Source: a virus
Lineage: Duplodnaviria > Caudoviricetes
IMG/VR virus record: IMGVR_UViG_3300031519_000153
Location: 1-29,031 of that record
Length of the DNA: 29,031 nt
Strand: one strand, 5' to 3'
Shown: positions 19,901 to 28,159 of the stretch, piece by piece
How the letters are laid out: each line of letters starts with the position of its first letter
How positions within the stretch are numbered: the stretch's first letter is position 1
The notes under the pieces: model-generated
Told to the model about the DNA's origin: nothing
The model's input: only the letters and a program-made list of their open reading frames with translations
Databases searched by the model: none
Made by a program: the position numbers and the translations under genes

Positions 19901-22900
19901 TCGAAGTATAGCTTTGCTATATCTCTCATTGCTGTGTTTGTGCCATGTCTTATGTCATAAGTTACCGCGTCAACCATGTAGCCTGTGTCTCTTTGACATT
20001 TAGCTTCAGTGTAAACCAAGGATGAGTAATTAACATTTACCCATGCCGTAGCTTCTGCTTGCAAGAACGCCCTGTTGGCAATCATGCCGTCCGAACCGTT
20101 TTTGGTGAACGTGGACACTTGTGCTGTGCCGTAATTGTAGTTAGTTCCGTCAGCCACGAAGTCATTTGTCATGACGTCGATGATATTAGTGAAGGAACCC
20201 GTTGCTCTAGTGAGTGCTACACCGCTTAGCTTAGCTTCGATGTCTCTTTGTATATAGCGAATTCCTTCTATCGTTTCAGCAAGCTGTTCCTCAATTACTT
20301 CTTGAGCGCCAGCCATACCATTACGATATGCCTTACCAGCATACTTACCGTTGTATGTGGAACCTGTTTGAACATCTCTTCTTACAGCATCAATGATAAA
20401 CCCTGCATCTCTTGCACATTTATCTTCATCGAATGTGTAGAATTCATCTTCGACAAATGCGACGATTTCATCTTGAATGAATGTTTTGTTTCTTTGAAGG
20501 GTTTCTCTTGCAAAGGTTCTGCTTGGTGACATAATAGGATTGCCAGTAACTGTTGGCAATTCTTTGCGCTTCTTGAGAACATCATCTTTAGAGCCAGTCA
20601 GACCTTCGATTTCAGGTGTATCGTCAACTAGGTCTGCAATAACAGTTGCTAGTGCTTTACCTTGTGCTGCGATAGTTGCAGAGCCAGCAGTACCCGACAA
20701 GTCTTGGGATGTGATGCTACCTTTGATTTCTTTGATTGCATCAGCATCCGCGCTGACGAATGTATGAGCACCACTATAAGTTCCTGCTGTACCAACCTGC
20801 AACGTAATAGTTGTAGATGTTACAGAAGTGATAGGAACTGCTTTGTTGTAGAATGGGTGGTGTGCCTCTGGGCTTGCATGGTTTTGTGCGCCAGAACCGT
20901 TATCACAAGAGAATGTGATGCTTTCTGGGGCAAACCAGATATGGTCGGCATCTGTTAATGTATGCGTACCAATGGTTGCAACAAAGACGCCAGTGTCTGG
21001 GTCATATGTAGCATCGGTTGGAGTGAACAAAGCACCAAAGATTGGAAGTACCTGAGTTTCTTCGATAACATCTTCGACAACATCAGCAAGGTGTAGGTAG
21101 GCCAATCTTGTTGGCATACGCTGATCGAATGGTAGGATGTTAAGTGCAGCATCCCAATAGTAGCCAGCCGCATTGATTGTACCAGCATTACCACCATATT
21201 TGACATCTTCTGTGATCGCGTCAACAACGTATCCAATATCACGGTAGCACATCGCTGTGTCGTAACCAAGACCATTATATGTTTCGCGAATGTAGTCAGT
21301 GATTTCTTGTTGGTACTTAGGAATGCTCCCAGAGATAAGCTGTGTGTCAGCATCAATAGCAGCGTCGTAGTTTGCCACTGCTGTTGTGTATGCTGGCTCA
21401 GTGATCGCTGGCAATGAAGTGATATCGTTGTTACGAACAACGTCTGCAACAACTTCCCATAGGCTTTGTACGGTTGCCGAAACTGCTGGAACAGATGCTT
21501 TTCTGAATGAATTTGCTGTGGCGCTCACAAAAGTGTGTGGCTTGACGTAGCCATTTGCGTCACCAACATTCATAGAAATGGTAGTAGCTGTTACAGACAA
21601 GATTTCGATTGGCTTGTTGAACCAAGGATCAGAAGCTCTTGGGTGTGAGATATTAATTGGTGTTGGATCAACATCAGATGTTGCACATGAGAAAGTAATT
21701 CCGTTTGTGTCAACAATGATGTAGTCGCCAACTTCCAATCTGTGCGTACCGATTGTTACGGAGAACGCACCACCTACTGGATCGTATGAACCATCTGTTG
21801 GTGTATATGTAGGTGCAAGTGTTGCCGTTTGAACTGCATCAGCTAGAGCACTCACGAATGTGTGTACTTTATTGACACCAGCAGCACCAACTTGCATTGT
21901 AATAGTGGTCGCATCAATCGCGTCAATTGTGATCGGCTTATTAAAGAACGGATCACTTGGACGTGGATGTGAAATATTCACTGGTGCGCCAAACTCATCT
22001 GGGCAAGAGAATGTAATACCGTTTTCAACAATAGAAATTCTATCACCAACTGTATAGGTGTGAGTTCCGATTGTGATAACCATTACGCCTGTTACTGAGT
22101 CGTATGTTGCATCCGTTGGGGTGAATGTTGTATTGTCTGCTCTTACTTGAGTTGTAACTCCTTGTAGTGGAGTAACAACTTCATTTCTTACGATTTGGCC
22201 AGCAATGTTAGCAGCAAATTCAAATGTCTCTGCTGTTGGTGTTCTTTGGTCTTCTGGAAGGATACCAACAGCAGCATTAAAGTAAAGTCTTGAATTCAAG
22301 ACAGTCGCTGCGTTAGAACCGTGCTGTACATCCCATGAGATTGTGTCTGCGAAGTAACCAATGTCACGCTCACATTTTGCTGCATCATATGTAAGAGTAG
22401 GATAGTTTGCAGCTATGAATGCTGTTACCTCATCTTGGATGAATGCTTTGTTAGCTTGAATTGTAGACTTGGCTTCATAAGCTTCATCAGTGACATATGT
22501 TTTACCAAATACCAGAGTATCAGCCGCTGCTTTGTCATTCTGCATGATATCGATGATTTCATCAAAAGCAGCATTTGAGCGAGAGATTGCAGTTGCGTTA
22601 GTGATGTCGCCAGCAATCTCGCCTTTTAGCCAAGTAATTGCGCCGACTGTTTCTGTTAATTCATTAGCAATAACAGATTCTGTAGAAGCATTACCTGAGC
22701 GATATGAAAGTCCTGTATTGACTGTGTTTACATTTGAGCCTGTGAGTACATCTCTTGCAACTGCATTCAAGATAAAGCCTGTATCGCGTTGACATAGTGC
22801 TTTATTGTAGACAAAGTAGTTGTTTCTGATCCAAGCATCAACATCATCTTGGATGAATTTCTTATTGGCTTGAAGTTGACGTGCTGCATATTCGCCGTCT

Positions 22901-25900
22901 TGAGTTGCTGTAACTTTAGCAAGACAATCAGCATCCGCGCTGACGAATGTGTGTGCTCCAACATAACCATTGCCGTCGCCTACACTGATAGAGAATGTGT
23001 TTACATCAGAAACTGTTACTGTTAATGGAAGATCATAAGCAGGATCGCCAATTCTAGGATAAGATGCAGATGCAACCCCACCATTATCACAAGAGAATGT
23101 GAAGCTGTTAGGTTTCATCTGAACGTGGTTGCCAGTTACTAGGCCGTGATTTGTCGCTGTGACAACAAATGCACCGTTGGAGGGGTCATATGTTGCACTT
23201 GTAACATCAATAAGTTCTGGCTTCTTGGCTGGGTCTGTCCAGTAAATTGCGTTAGTGTCGATACAATCAACATCAGCACTTACGAAAGTGTGTGCCGCTG
23301 CATATCCACCAGCATTACCAACGTTAACCGTGATAGTTGAACCAGTTGTACCTACAATTCTTACAGGTGATTTGTAAGCAGGCTCACCAAGTCTTGGGTG
23401 GCTGATTTCAACAGTCGTACCAGCTTCGGTATTTGCGCAAGACAATGTAATTGACTTTGGTGCGATTGTGATCCACTTACCTTCTGGAAGGCTGTGCGAA
23501 CCAATTGTCAATGTCATCTCACCAGATACAGGGTTATACGCAACATCAGTTGGTGTAACTTTACCTGAATAGACACCTACTGTTTTGATGCCATTTGGCA
23601 ATGCACTTACGAATGTGTGTACGCCAAGGTAACCACCACCGTCGCCTACATTAACTGTAATAGTTGTAGCAGAAACAGAAGAGATTGTCAATGCAGTTTT
23701 GTAAGCTGGATCAGTTACTCTTGGGTATGATGCTTCACCTACGCCGCCATTGTCACAAGAGAATGTAATGCCACCCTCTTCGATCATGATCTGTTCGCCA
23801 ACTGTAAGCTCATGAGCGCCAATGGTAATTTCTGTGATACCAGTTGCTGGGTCATATGTGGCTGTTGATGGAGTGAATGTGCCGTTAAGAACTGCAACTT
23901 CTTGGACCGAACCCGCTTTCGCTCTTACGAAAGTGTGTACACCAGAGTAACCGCCAGCATTGCCAACATTAAGAGTAATGGTGTCTGCTGTTTTTGCAGT
24001 AATTGTCTGTGGTACTCTGTAAGGACCGTCTGTTACTCTTGGGTGGCTGATGAAGATCGTTTCGCCAGTCACACTGTTAGCACAAGAGAATGTAATACCT
24101 TCTTTTGCAAATAGAACTTCATCACCAACATCAAAGAAGTGATCTTCAATTGTCAAGGTGAAGACACCAGATACTGGATCATAAGATGCATCTGAAGGTG
24201 TGTATTGCTTGCCCTCAGTTTGCATGATGCCCATGAATTCATCAAAAGCACCTTCGATACGACCCACCGTAGCAAGATCAGTTACCAAGTCGGTAGTTGC
24301 AACCTTGAGGTGTTCGAATGCACCAAGTGTCTGTGGAAGCTGTTCTGTTAGAAGGACTTCTGATGTCTTGCCACGATATGCAATGCCAGACTGGATTGCC
24401 ATAAAGTTTGAACCTGTAAGCAAGTCGCGTGAGACTGCTGGTAGGATATATTCGTTAACATCACGTTGGCACTTCTCACTATCGTACATAAAGAAGTTGC
24501 TTTCAGCCCAAGTCATCATCGAGTCTTGGATGTATGATTTGTTGATTTGTAGTTGCTGACGGGCATAAATCTTTTCGGATACGATGTTTGCGTCATTACT
24601 AAATGTAATTGCTTGACCTACAACAGAAACAGCGTTACGTGTTGCACTCACGAATGTGTGTACGCCAGTATAAGGAGTTTTGCCAGTATTAACAGTGATG
24701 GTATCTGTTGTTGCAAAAGTAATAGGAACTGCTGTTCTGTAAGATGGGTCAGACGCTCTTGGGTGAGATAGCTGGATTACGTTGCCATCTGTATCACAAG
24801 AGAATGTGAATGCTTCATCCGCAAAGGTAACCAATCTACCAATCGACAAGCCATGACCAGCCATAGTGATTACAAAATCACCTGTTGCTGGATTATAGGA
24901 TGCGTTTGTTGGTGTGAACTTGTCGCCGTTGTTACCAAGAATATCAACGATCTGATTAAATTTATCATAAGCTCTTGTTGCGCCCAGCGCAGTGTTGGCT
25001 TGGATAATTTTGTCAGTTTCTGCTCTTAGTCTTTCGTATGCAGCAACAGTTTCGTTTCTTTGGTTTCCAATCACAGAAGAGGCTTGCTTGAAGTAATAGG
25101 CATTACCTGCTGTCACTGAGTTGTAGTTTGTATCAAGCATCATGTCATTTTTGACTGCTGGCAAGATATATTCTTGGATGTCACGAGCACACTTGGCGCT
25201 ATCGTAAGCAAAGAAATCTTCGTTATTGTCGATCCAGTCAACCATACCCTGAATGATAAGGTCTTTGTTGTCTTGGATTAGGTGACGTGCATCTTCTTTC
25301 GATGTGGATACGTCATCAGTATAGGAAGTCCAAACGATTGGGCTTGCGTTCTCTTCGCCATTATTAAGGATGTTGATTGTTTCATCCAAGGAAGTAGAGA
25401 TGCGGTTTGTAACATCAGAGGAAGCGTTTGAGAAAATATCAAGAATGCTTTCTTTAAGATGCTCAATAGAACCCACTGTTTCTGTAAGCTGCTCTTGTTT
25501 AACAACGTAAGAGATCGGGCTGCTATATGTGATACCGCTTAGACGGCCCCAATAGTTGCCACCAGTCGCTACGTCTTGTGCTGTTAGGTCTACAAGAATG
25601 CCTGTATCGCGGAAACACTTGTCTGCATTGTAACCTTGATAACCTAAACCGGGACCGCCTTCAAACCCTGTAGTTGTGTTGGCTGTTAGGAAATCGACCA
25701 TATTATCAAGAATATCATCTTTTGCCGCCATGATTGAGTCAGCGAATGTAGTGTTGGCGAAGAACAAGTTGTCATCACCTTCTGCTGGTCTAATAATAGT
25801 TGTGAAGCCTTTTGCTCTCATTGAGATGTCACCAAACTGAGTACCTGAGTTGTTCAGGGTCATTTGGCCACCATTCAAGGCATAGAAAGCTTGGCGTGTA

Positions 25901-28086
25901 AAGATCGAAAGTGAACCAATACCGTTAACACCAGCACCGTTTTTAGCAACATAACCTGTACCGTTTTGGGTACGTGGCGTGAAACCAAAACAAAGAACAT
26001 ATGTGTATAGCGAGTCAGTGTCAAGAACTGCACGGTCAGCTAGAAGACAACCGCCCCCACGACCAACTGCTCTGTTTGGGAAGTCATCAATACCGATGCT
26101 CTCAACTGTACCTGTGCCACCGCGTTGGGCGTAAAGCATGTCGCCAATTTCTACGTTGCCCTTAAGGTTACGGATATAAATCTGGCGATTTGAGTTGATG
26201 TCGGCAATGTATGAGATGAAACCAGTTGCGCCAGATGAGAATGTTACTTCATCATCAATTTCAAATAGCGTTTGAGCACTATGCCCAACCGCAAGATAGA
26301 ATTCTTGGCCAAGGTCAGAGATGCCACCCTTGGAGTTGAATGGGTTAAGCGCAGGTTCAACGTCAAGACGGTTAAAGTTTGAAAGCTGCGAACTATCTCG
26401 AATGTATGGCGAACGTCTTAGCAAAGCGCCCGGACGGTAAGCAATAGCAAAACCACCTTCAGGATAATCAAAGTTATCAACCTCAAAGTTCATATAACCG
26501 AAACCTTGGACGTAGCAACCAGAACCAACTAGAATACCGTTTGTTCTTTCGTAGCCCGGAGATTTTCTAATGACAGTGGCATACTGACCTGCTGTCGAAG
26601 TCAAAGAACAATCATCTGGAAGTGCAATAGGCTCTTCAACGTAATAAGCGCCTGGGCCTACGGAGATGTGTACTGCATGGTCGATATCATTTCTGTCGTA
26701 CTGACCACCAGCTTTTTCTAGTGCTATCTCAGCGGCTCTCTTAATTGATCTCACAGGCTGTAGGATAGTACCGGGGTATCTGTCATCGCCATCAGCAGCA
26801 ACGTGGACTTTAAGAGCCTTTTCTGTGTTCTTGGAAACTTCATTGTAAAGCTGACGATAAGTCATCTTTTCAGTTTCGCCAGTTTTAACATTCTTAAGAG
26901 CGAAATAGCTGTCTTCGTCCAACTTAGGTTCAAAGACTTTAGTAAGCTCCATATCGAAGTCTACAAGATCAGAGCCTTGAATTGTTGTGTTGGCGATTGT
27001 CGAGTCTGTGATTGCACCGCCGTCAAAGGTAGACTTTACTTGGTCTAGGCCTGAAGCAGAGGAACTTGTGATCGTAAGGTTTTCTGCAACAACGTTGGAC
27101 ATGCTACCTTGGAACGATGTATTGGCAATAACTGAGTCTTGAATAGTACCTTGAACTGTGGTGTTGGTAAAGATGTTATTATTACCAGTACCATCAGAGA
27201 AATCTGAGTTCAAAAGGGCCATGTTGTTTGCAGAACTGTCATTGATAACAGAACTTGTCATGATGATGTTGTTTGCAGTCGTATCAATAATGGATGAGTT
27301 ACTGATAAGAGTATCCCAAATTTGACCATTCGAGAAACGTGAGTTTGTAATGTCAACGTTATCAAGATCAGTATCACGAATGTTTGAATTAGAAACAAAC
27401 ACGTCAAAGATATTTGTATTACCAGAGATAACTGAATCGATGATCGAACCGTTAGAGAATTCTGTAGTGTTGATCGCTGAGTTCGACATTAGAGCGTCTT
27501 CAAGGACGATCTCATCAATAGTGATGTTTGTAAGAATTAGGTTGTTAGCTGTGCCACCTTCAATCGCAACATTTGCGAAAGATGAATTGTCAATCTGCGA
27601 ATTGGTGAAGATGTTGTTGTTGCCAGTACCATCGGAGAAATCAGAACTAGTAATGGTCAGGTTGTTTGCAGAGCTATTCACGATTGTGGAATCGTCGATA
27701 GTCGAATCCGTGAGAACTACATTGTTACCAGTTCCATCATTAAACTCTGATTCAGTAATTACTGAAGAGGTCATGGTAACGTTATTTGCAGTCGCTTCTT
27801 CGATAGTGGAATCGTTCAGCGTAGATGCATTAATTACGCCATTGCTGAAAGTAGATGAGTTTATTTCTACGCTGTTTAGCGTAGAGTTGGTCATCGTAAC
27901 ATTGGAAATAGTACCACCAGTGATGGTAATTCTATTGAAGATTTCCAATTGTAGCGCTTGGACAAGTTCTTTACGAGTGATATTTTTAGTACCATCATCG
28001 CCTTGTATCAAGTTAACGATAACAAACAAATCTTCTGATCTGGTGTTAATGCCTGTAATCGGACCTAGTTCTGAAATCAACGACAT
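16990..28086 (-). CDS. Giant virion structural protein (3698 aa): Ser/Asn/Thr solenoid, split beta-helix scaffold, 12 phycobiliprotein-like helical repeats and 9 beta repeats
   Basis: Single 11.1-kb ORF behind a late promoter. It has a beta-helix start (VHVAADGDD..PGT...PVRSIKRA; RSPYIRDSS), 11 C-x-R-D repeats plus one TYRD, nine Y(D/N)..G...H...TFSC...PR...HTFV repeats, and a C-terminal GGGRIRWSGSDE...KINGRTGRIEGRPF. Confidence 0.9.
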   Translation of the reverse strand: MSLISELGPITGINTRSEDLFVIVNLIQGDDGTKNITRKELVQALQLEIFNRITITGGTISNVTMTNSTLNSVEINSSTFSNGVINASTLNDSTIEEATANNVTMTSSVITESEFNDGTGNNVVLTDSTIDDSTIVNSSANNLTITSSDFSDGTGNNNIFTNSQIDNSSFANVAIEGGTANNLILTNITIDEIVLEDALMSNSAINTTEFSNGSIIDSVISGNTNIFDVFVSNSNIRDTDLDNVDITNSRFSNGQIWDTLISNSSIIDTTANNIIMTSSVINDSSANNMALLNSDFSDGTGNNNIFTNTTVQGTIQDSVIANTSFQGSMSNVVAENLTITSSSASGLDQVKSTFDGGAITDSTIANTTIQGSDLVDFDMELTKVFEPKLDEDSYFALKNVKTGETEKMTYRQLYNEVSKNTEKALKVHVAADGDDRYPGTILQPVRSIKRAAEIALEKAGGQYDRNDIDHAVHISVGPGAYYVEEPIALPDDCSLTSTAGQYATVIRKSPGYERTNGILVGSGCYVQGFGYMNFEVDNFDYPEGGFAIAYRPGALLRRSPYIRDSSQLSNFNRLDVEPALNPFNSKGGISDLGQEFYLAVGHSAQTLFEIDDEVTFSSGATGFISYIADINSNRQIYIRNLKGNVEIGDMLYAQRGGTGTVESIGIDDFPNRAVGRGGGCLLADRAVLDTDSLYTYVLCFGFTPRTQNGTGYVAKNGAGVNGIGSLSIFTRQAFYALNGGQMTLNNSGTQFGDISMRAKGFTTIIRPAEGDDNLFFANTTFADSIMAAKDDILDNMVDFLTANTTTGFEGGPGLGYQGYNADKCFRDTGILVDLTAQDVATGGNYWGRLSGITYSSPISYVVKQEQLTETVGSIEHLKESILDIFSNASSDVTNRISTSLDETINILNNGEENASPIVWTSYTDDVSTSKEDARHLIQDNKDLIIQGMVDWIDNNEDFFAYDSAKCARDIQEYILPAVKNDMMLDTNYNSVTAGNAYYFKQASSVIGNQRNETVAAYERLRAETDKIIQANTALGATRAYDKFNQIVDILGNNGDKFTPTNASYNPATGDFVITMAGHGLSIGRLVTFADEAFTFSCDTDGNVIQLSHPRASDPSYRTAVPITFATTDTITVNTGKTPYTGVHTFVSATRNAVSVVGQAITFSNDANIVSEKIYARQQLQINKSYIQDSMMTWAESNFFMYDSEKCQRDVNEYILPAVSRDLLTGSNFMAIQSGIAYRGKTSEVLLTEQLPQTLGAFEHLKVATTDLVTDLATVGRIEGAFDEFMGIMQTEGKQYTPSDASYDPVSGVFTLTIEDHFFDVGDEVLFAKEGITFSCANSVTGETIFISHPRVTDGPYRVPQTITAKTADTITLNVGNAGGYSGVHTFVRAKAGSVQEVAVLNGTFTPSTATYDPATGITEITIGAHELTVGEQIMIEEGGITFSCDNGGVGEASYPRVTDPAYKTALTISSVSATTITVNVGDGGGYLGVHTFVSALPNGIKTVGVYSGKVTPTDVAYNPVSGEMTLTIGSHSLPEGKWITIAPKSITLSCANTEAGTTVEISHPRLGEPAYKSPVRIVGTTGSTITVNVGNAGGYAAAHTFVSADVDCIDTNAIYWTDPAKKPELIDVTSATYDPSNGAFVVTATNHGLVTGNHVQMKPNSFTFSCDNGGVASASYPRIGDPAYDLPLTVTVSDVNTFSISVGDGNGYVGAHTFVSADADCLAKVTATQDGEYAARQLQANKKFIQDDVDAWIRNNYFVYNKALCQRDTGFILNAVARDVLTGSNVNTVNTGLSYRSGNASTESVIANELTETVGAITWLKGEIAGDITNATAISRSNAAFDEIIDIMQNDKAAADTLVFGKTYVTDEAYEAKSTIQANKAFIQDEVTAFIAANYPTLTYDAAKCERDIGYFADTISWDVQHGSNAATVLNSRLYFNAAVGILPEDQRTPTAETFEFAANIAGQIVRNEVVTPLQGVTTQVRADNTTFTPTDATYDSVTGVMVITIGTHTYTVGDRISIVENGITFSCPDEFGAPVNISHPRPSDPFFNKPITIDAIDATTITMQVGAAGVNKVHTFVSALADAVQTATLAPTYTPTDGSYDPVGGAFSVTIGTHRLEVGDYIIVDTNGITFSCATSDVDPTPINISHPRASDPWFNKPIEILSVTATTISMNVGDANGYVKPHTFVSATANSFRKASVPAVSATVQSLWEVVADVVRNNDITSLPAITEPAYTTAVANYDAAIDADTQLISGSIPKYQQEITDYIRETYNGLGYDTAMCYRDIGYVVDAITEDVKYGGNAGTINAAGYYWDAALNILPFDQRMPTRLAYLHLADVVEDVIEETQVLPIFGALFTPTDATYDPDTGVFVATIGTHTLTDADHIWFAPESITFSCDNGSGAQNHASPEAHHPFYNKAVPITSVTSTTITLQVGTAGTYSGAHTFVSADADAIKEIKGSITSQDLSGTAGSATIAAQGKALATVIADLVDDTPEIEGLTGSKDDVLKKRKELPTVTGNPIMSPSRTFARETLQRNKTFIQDEIVAFVEDEFYTFDEDKCARDAGFIIDAVRRDVQTGSTYNGKYAGKAYRNGMAGAQEVIEEQLAETIEGIRYIQRDIEAKLSGVALTRATGSFTNIIDVMTNDFVADGTNYNYGTAQVSTFTKNGSDGMIANRAFLQAEATAWVNVNYSSLVYTEAKCQRDTGYMVDAVTYDIRHGTNTAMRDIAKLYFENGLSSLTLAQRAPTVALWTHLATVTRALLLKQPVTPTTGNGLSQSAVFGTVDATTATAAQTLWAIVGDLITDNSLINIPAIVEASGVGTNYSYETEAALIATEKTSLASSITTYLKTKFSYLEYSREKCRRDVGYIVDGISHDVQYGGNAATWNNAQIHFANGVNVLPLSQRAASKRAFMRLSEVVHDVIRQTEVPLRIGRTYTPNTATYDALNGDMVITLSGGHDLKVGNHVMFPTNAFTFSCLDASGAAVNISHPRASDPLNGSPVKVIATTATTITVNAGSAGKGAQKVHTFVSVAKNAVQTVIGATLKQDNTGLVARRYIAREARDLAITIANVVVENNPTTLPIRIEPFKQWMAGETILDSIDTIADNKAVLATAMVNFISKTYNGLSYPEHKCRRDVGIIIDALSHDVQYQTNYGTLLNANMYFDNANSVLPYDQRTQTADFFYEMAQLVQKVVQETAVGQDVSGNPATAVEGAEVANLVRIIEEAIRRNSLDAVPDLVEPDTSWVSADLIWAGNAIDENLDNLADDITTWINKEFSVLDYNKAKCYRDGNYILDAFSYDLNYGGNSASRWNADFYFWNNELRIPEDTRVATAGAYRKLGELAKSAVMGTLEGQFIRNNVGTQVEADQVYDLGLIFYNALFNNSALSLGPLTEPNYVVGASKEFSFAKDILANNRRKLQSEVQRFITSEYKFIDLPKTYRDGGNLLQILANDFSFNDPANVIEGTDRAMRSFAAALFNINQQHVFPVFNPPASFADWRKLRFKGTVATITARNALTDMKVWDCYIVPTNNNVNRYVGVIYHWNGTNWITVGDNNSDLLYSFYKAWEQMKTYINNNIAPDQAHRNMVTELIDNVLIESVLRPDFLVFGSLVESIAHQFNGASAGVNRNALPLNFRNIGAAIGATASVLSEGGGRIRWSGSDELNNQYFARGLKINGRTGRIEGRPFTSSVRKLARRASNSRASL
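17310..25750 (-). repeat. Twelve ~130-160-aa helical repeats with phycobiliprotein-like C-x-R-D motif
   Basis: Cys codons at 25615, 25189, 24469, 22792, 22372, 21247, 20416, 19996, 19513, 18703 and 18244. The twelfth copy has Thr at 17788. Confidence 0.85.
18990..24921 (-). repeat. Nine ~100-aa beta-rich repeats interspersed in the helical array
   Basis: Consensus TP..A(T/S)YDP..G....TIG.H....G......ITFSC.....SHPR..DP......I...T.TTIT..VG......HTFVSA. Approximate starts: 24921, 24207, 23880, 23562, 23215, 22130, 21810, 21030 and 19296. Confidence 0.9.
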
Positions 28087-28115
28087 GCTTGCCTACCCTT
28101 ATTACGTTTTTCTTT

Positions 28116-28123
28116 TATTTATA
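28116..28123 (-). promoter_or_regulatory. T4-type late promoter TATAAATA
   Basis: Perfect match, 29 nt upstream of the ATG of the 3698-aa gene. Confidence 0.85.
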
Positions 28124-28124
28124 A

Positions 28125-28152
28125 TAATCTGTGGACGTGTATCGTCAGATTA
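28125..28152 (-). terminator. Possible hairpin/weak terminator after the 164-aa gene
   Basis: Bulged stem TAATCTGACG-ATACA-CGTC(CAC)AGATTA followed by TTAT. The U-tract is poor. Confidence 0.35.
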
Positions 28153-28159
28153 CAAGTTT

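Noticed and set aside
17310-25750. Calling the repeats cpcA/apcA/cpeA/apcE auxiliary metabolic genes
   Set aside because: They are domains fused within a late structural-type protein, they lack the X/Y helices and linker domains, and homology has not been confirmed by a search. No gene symbol was assigned.
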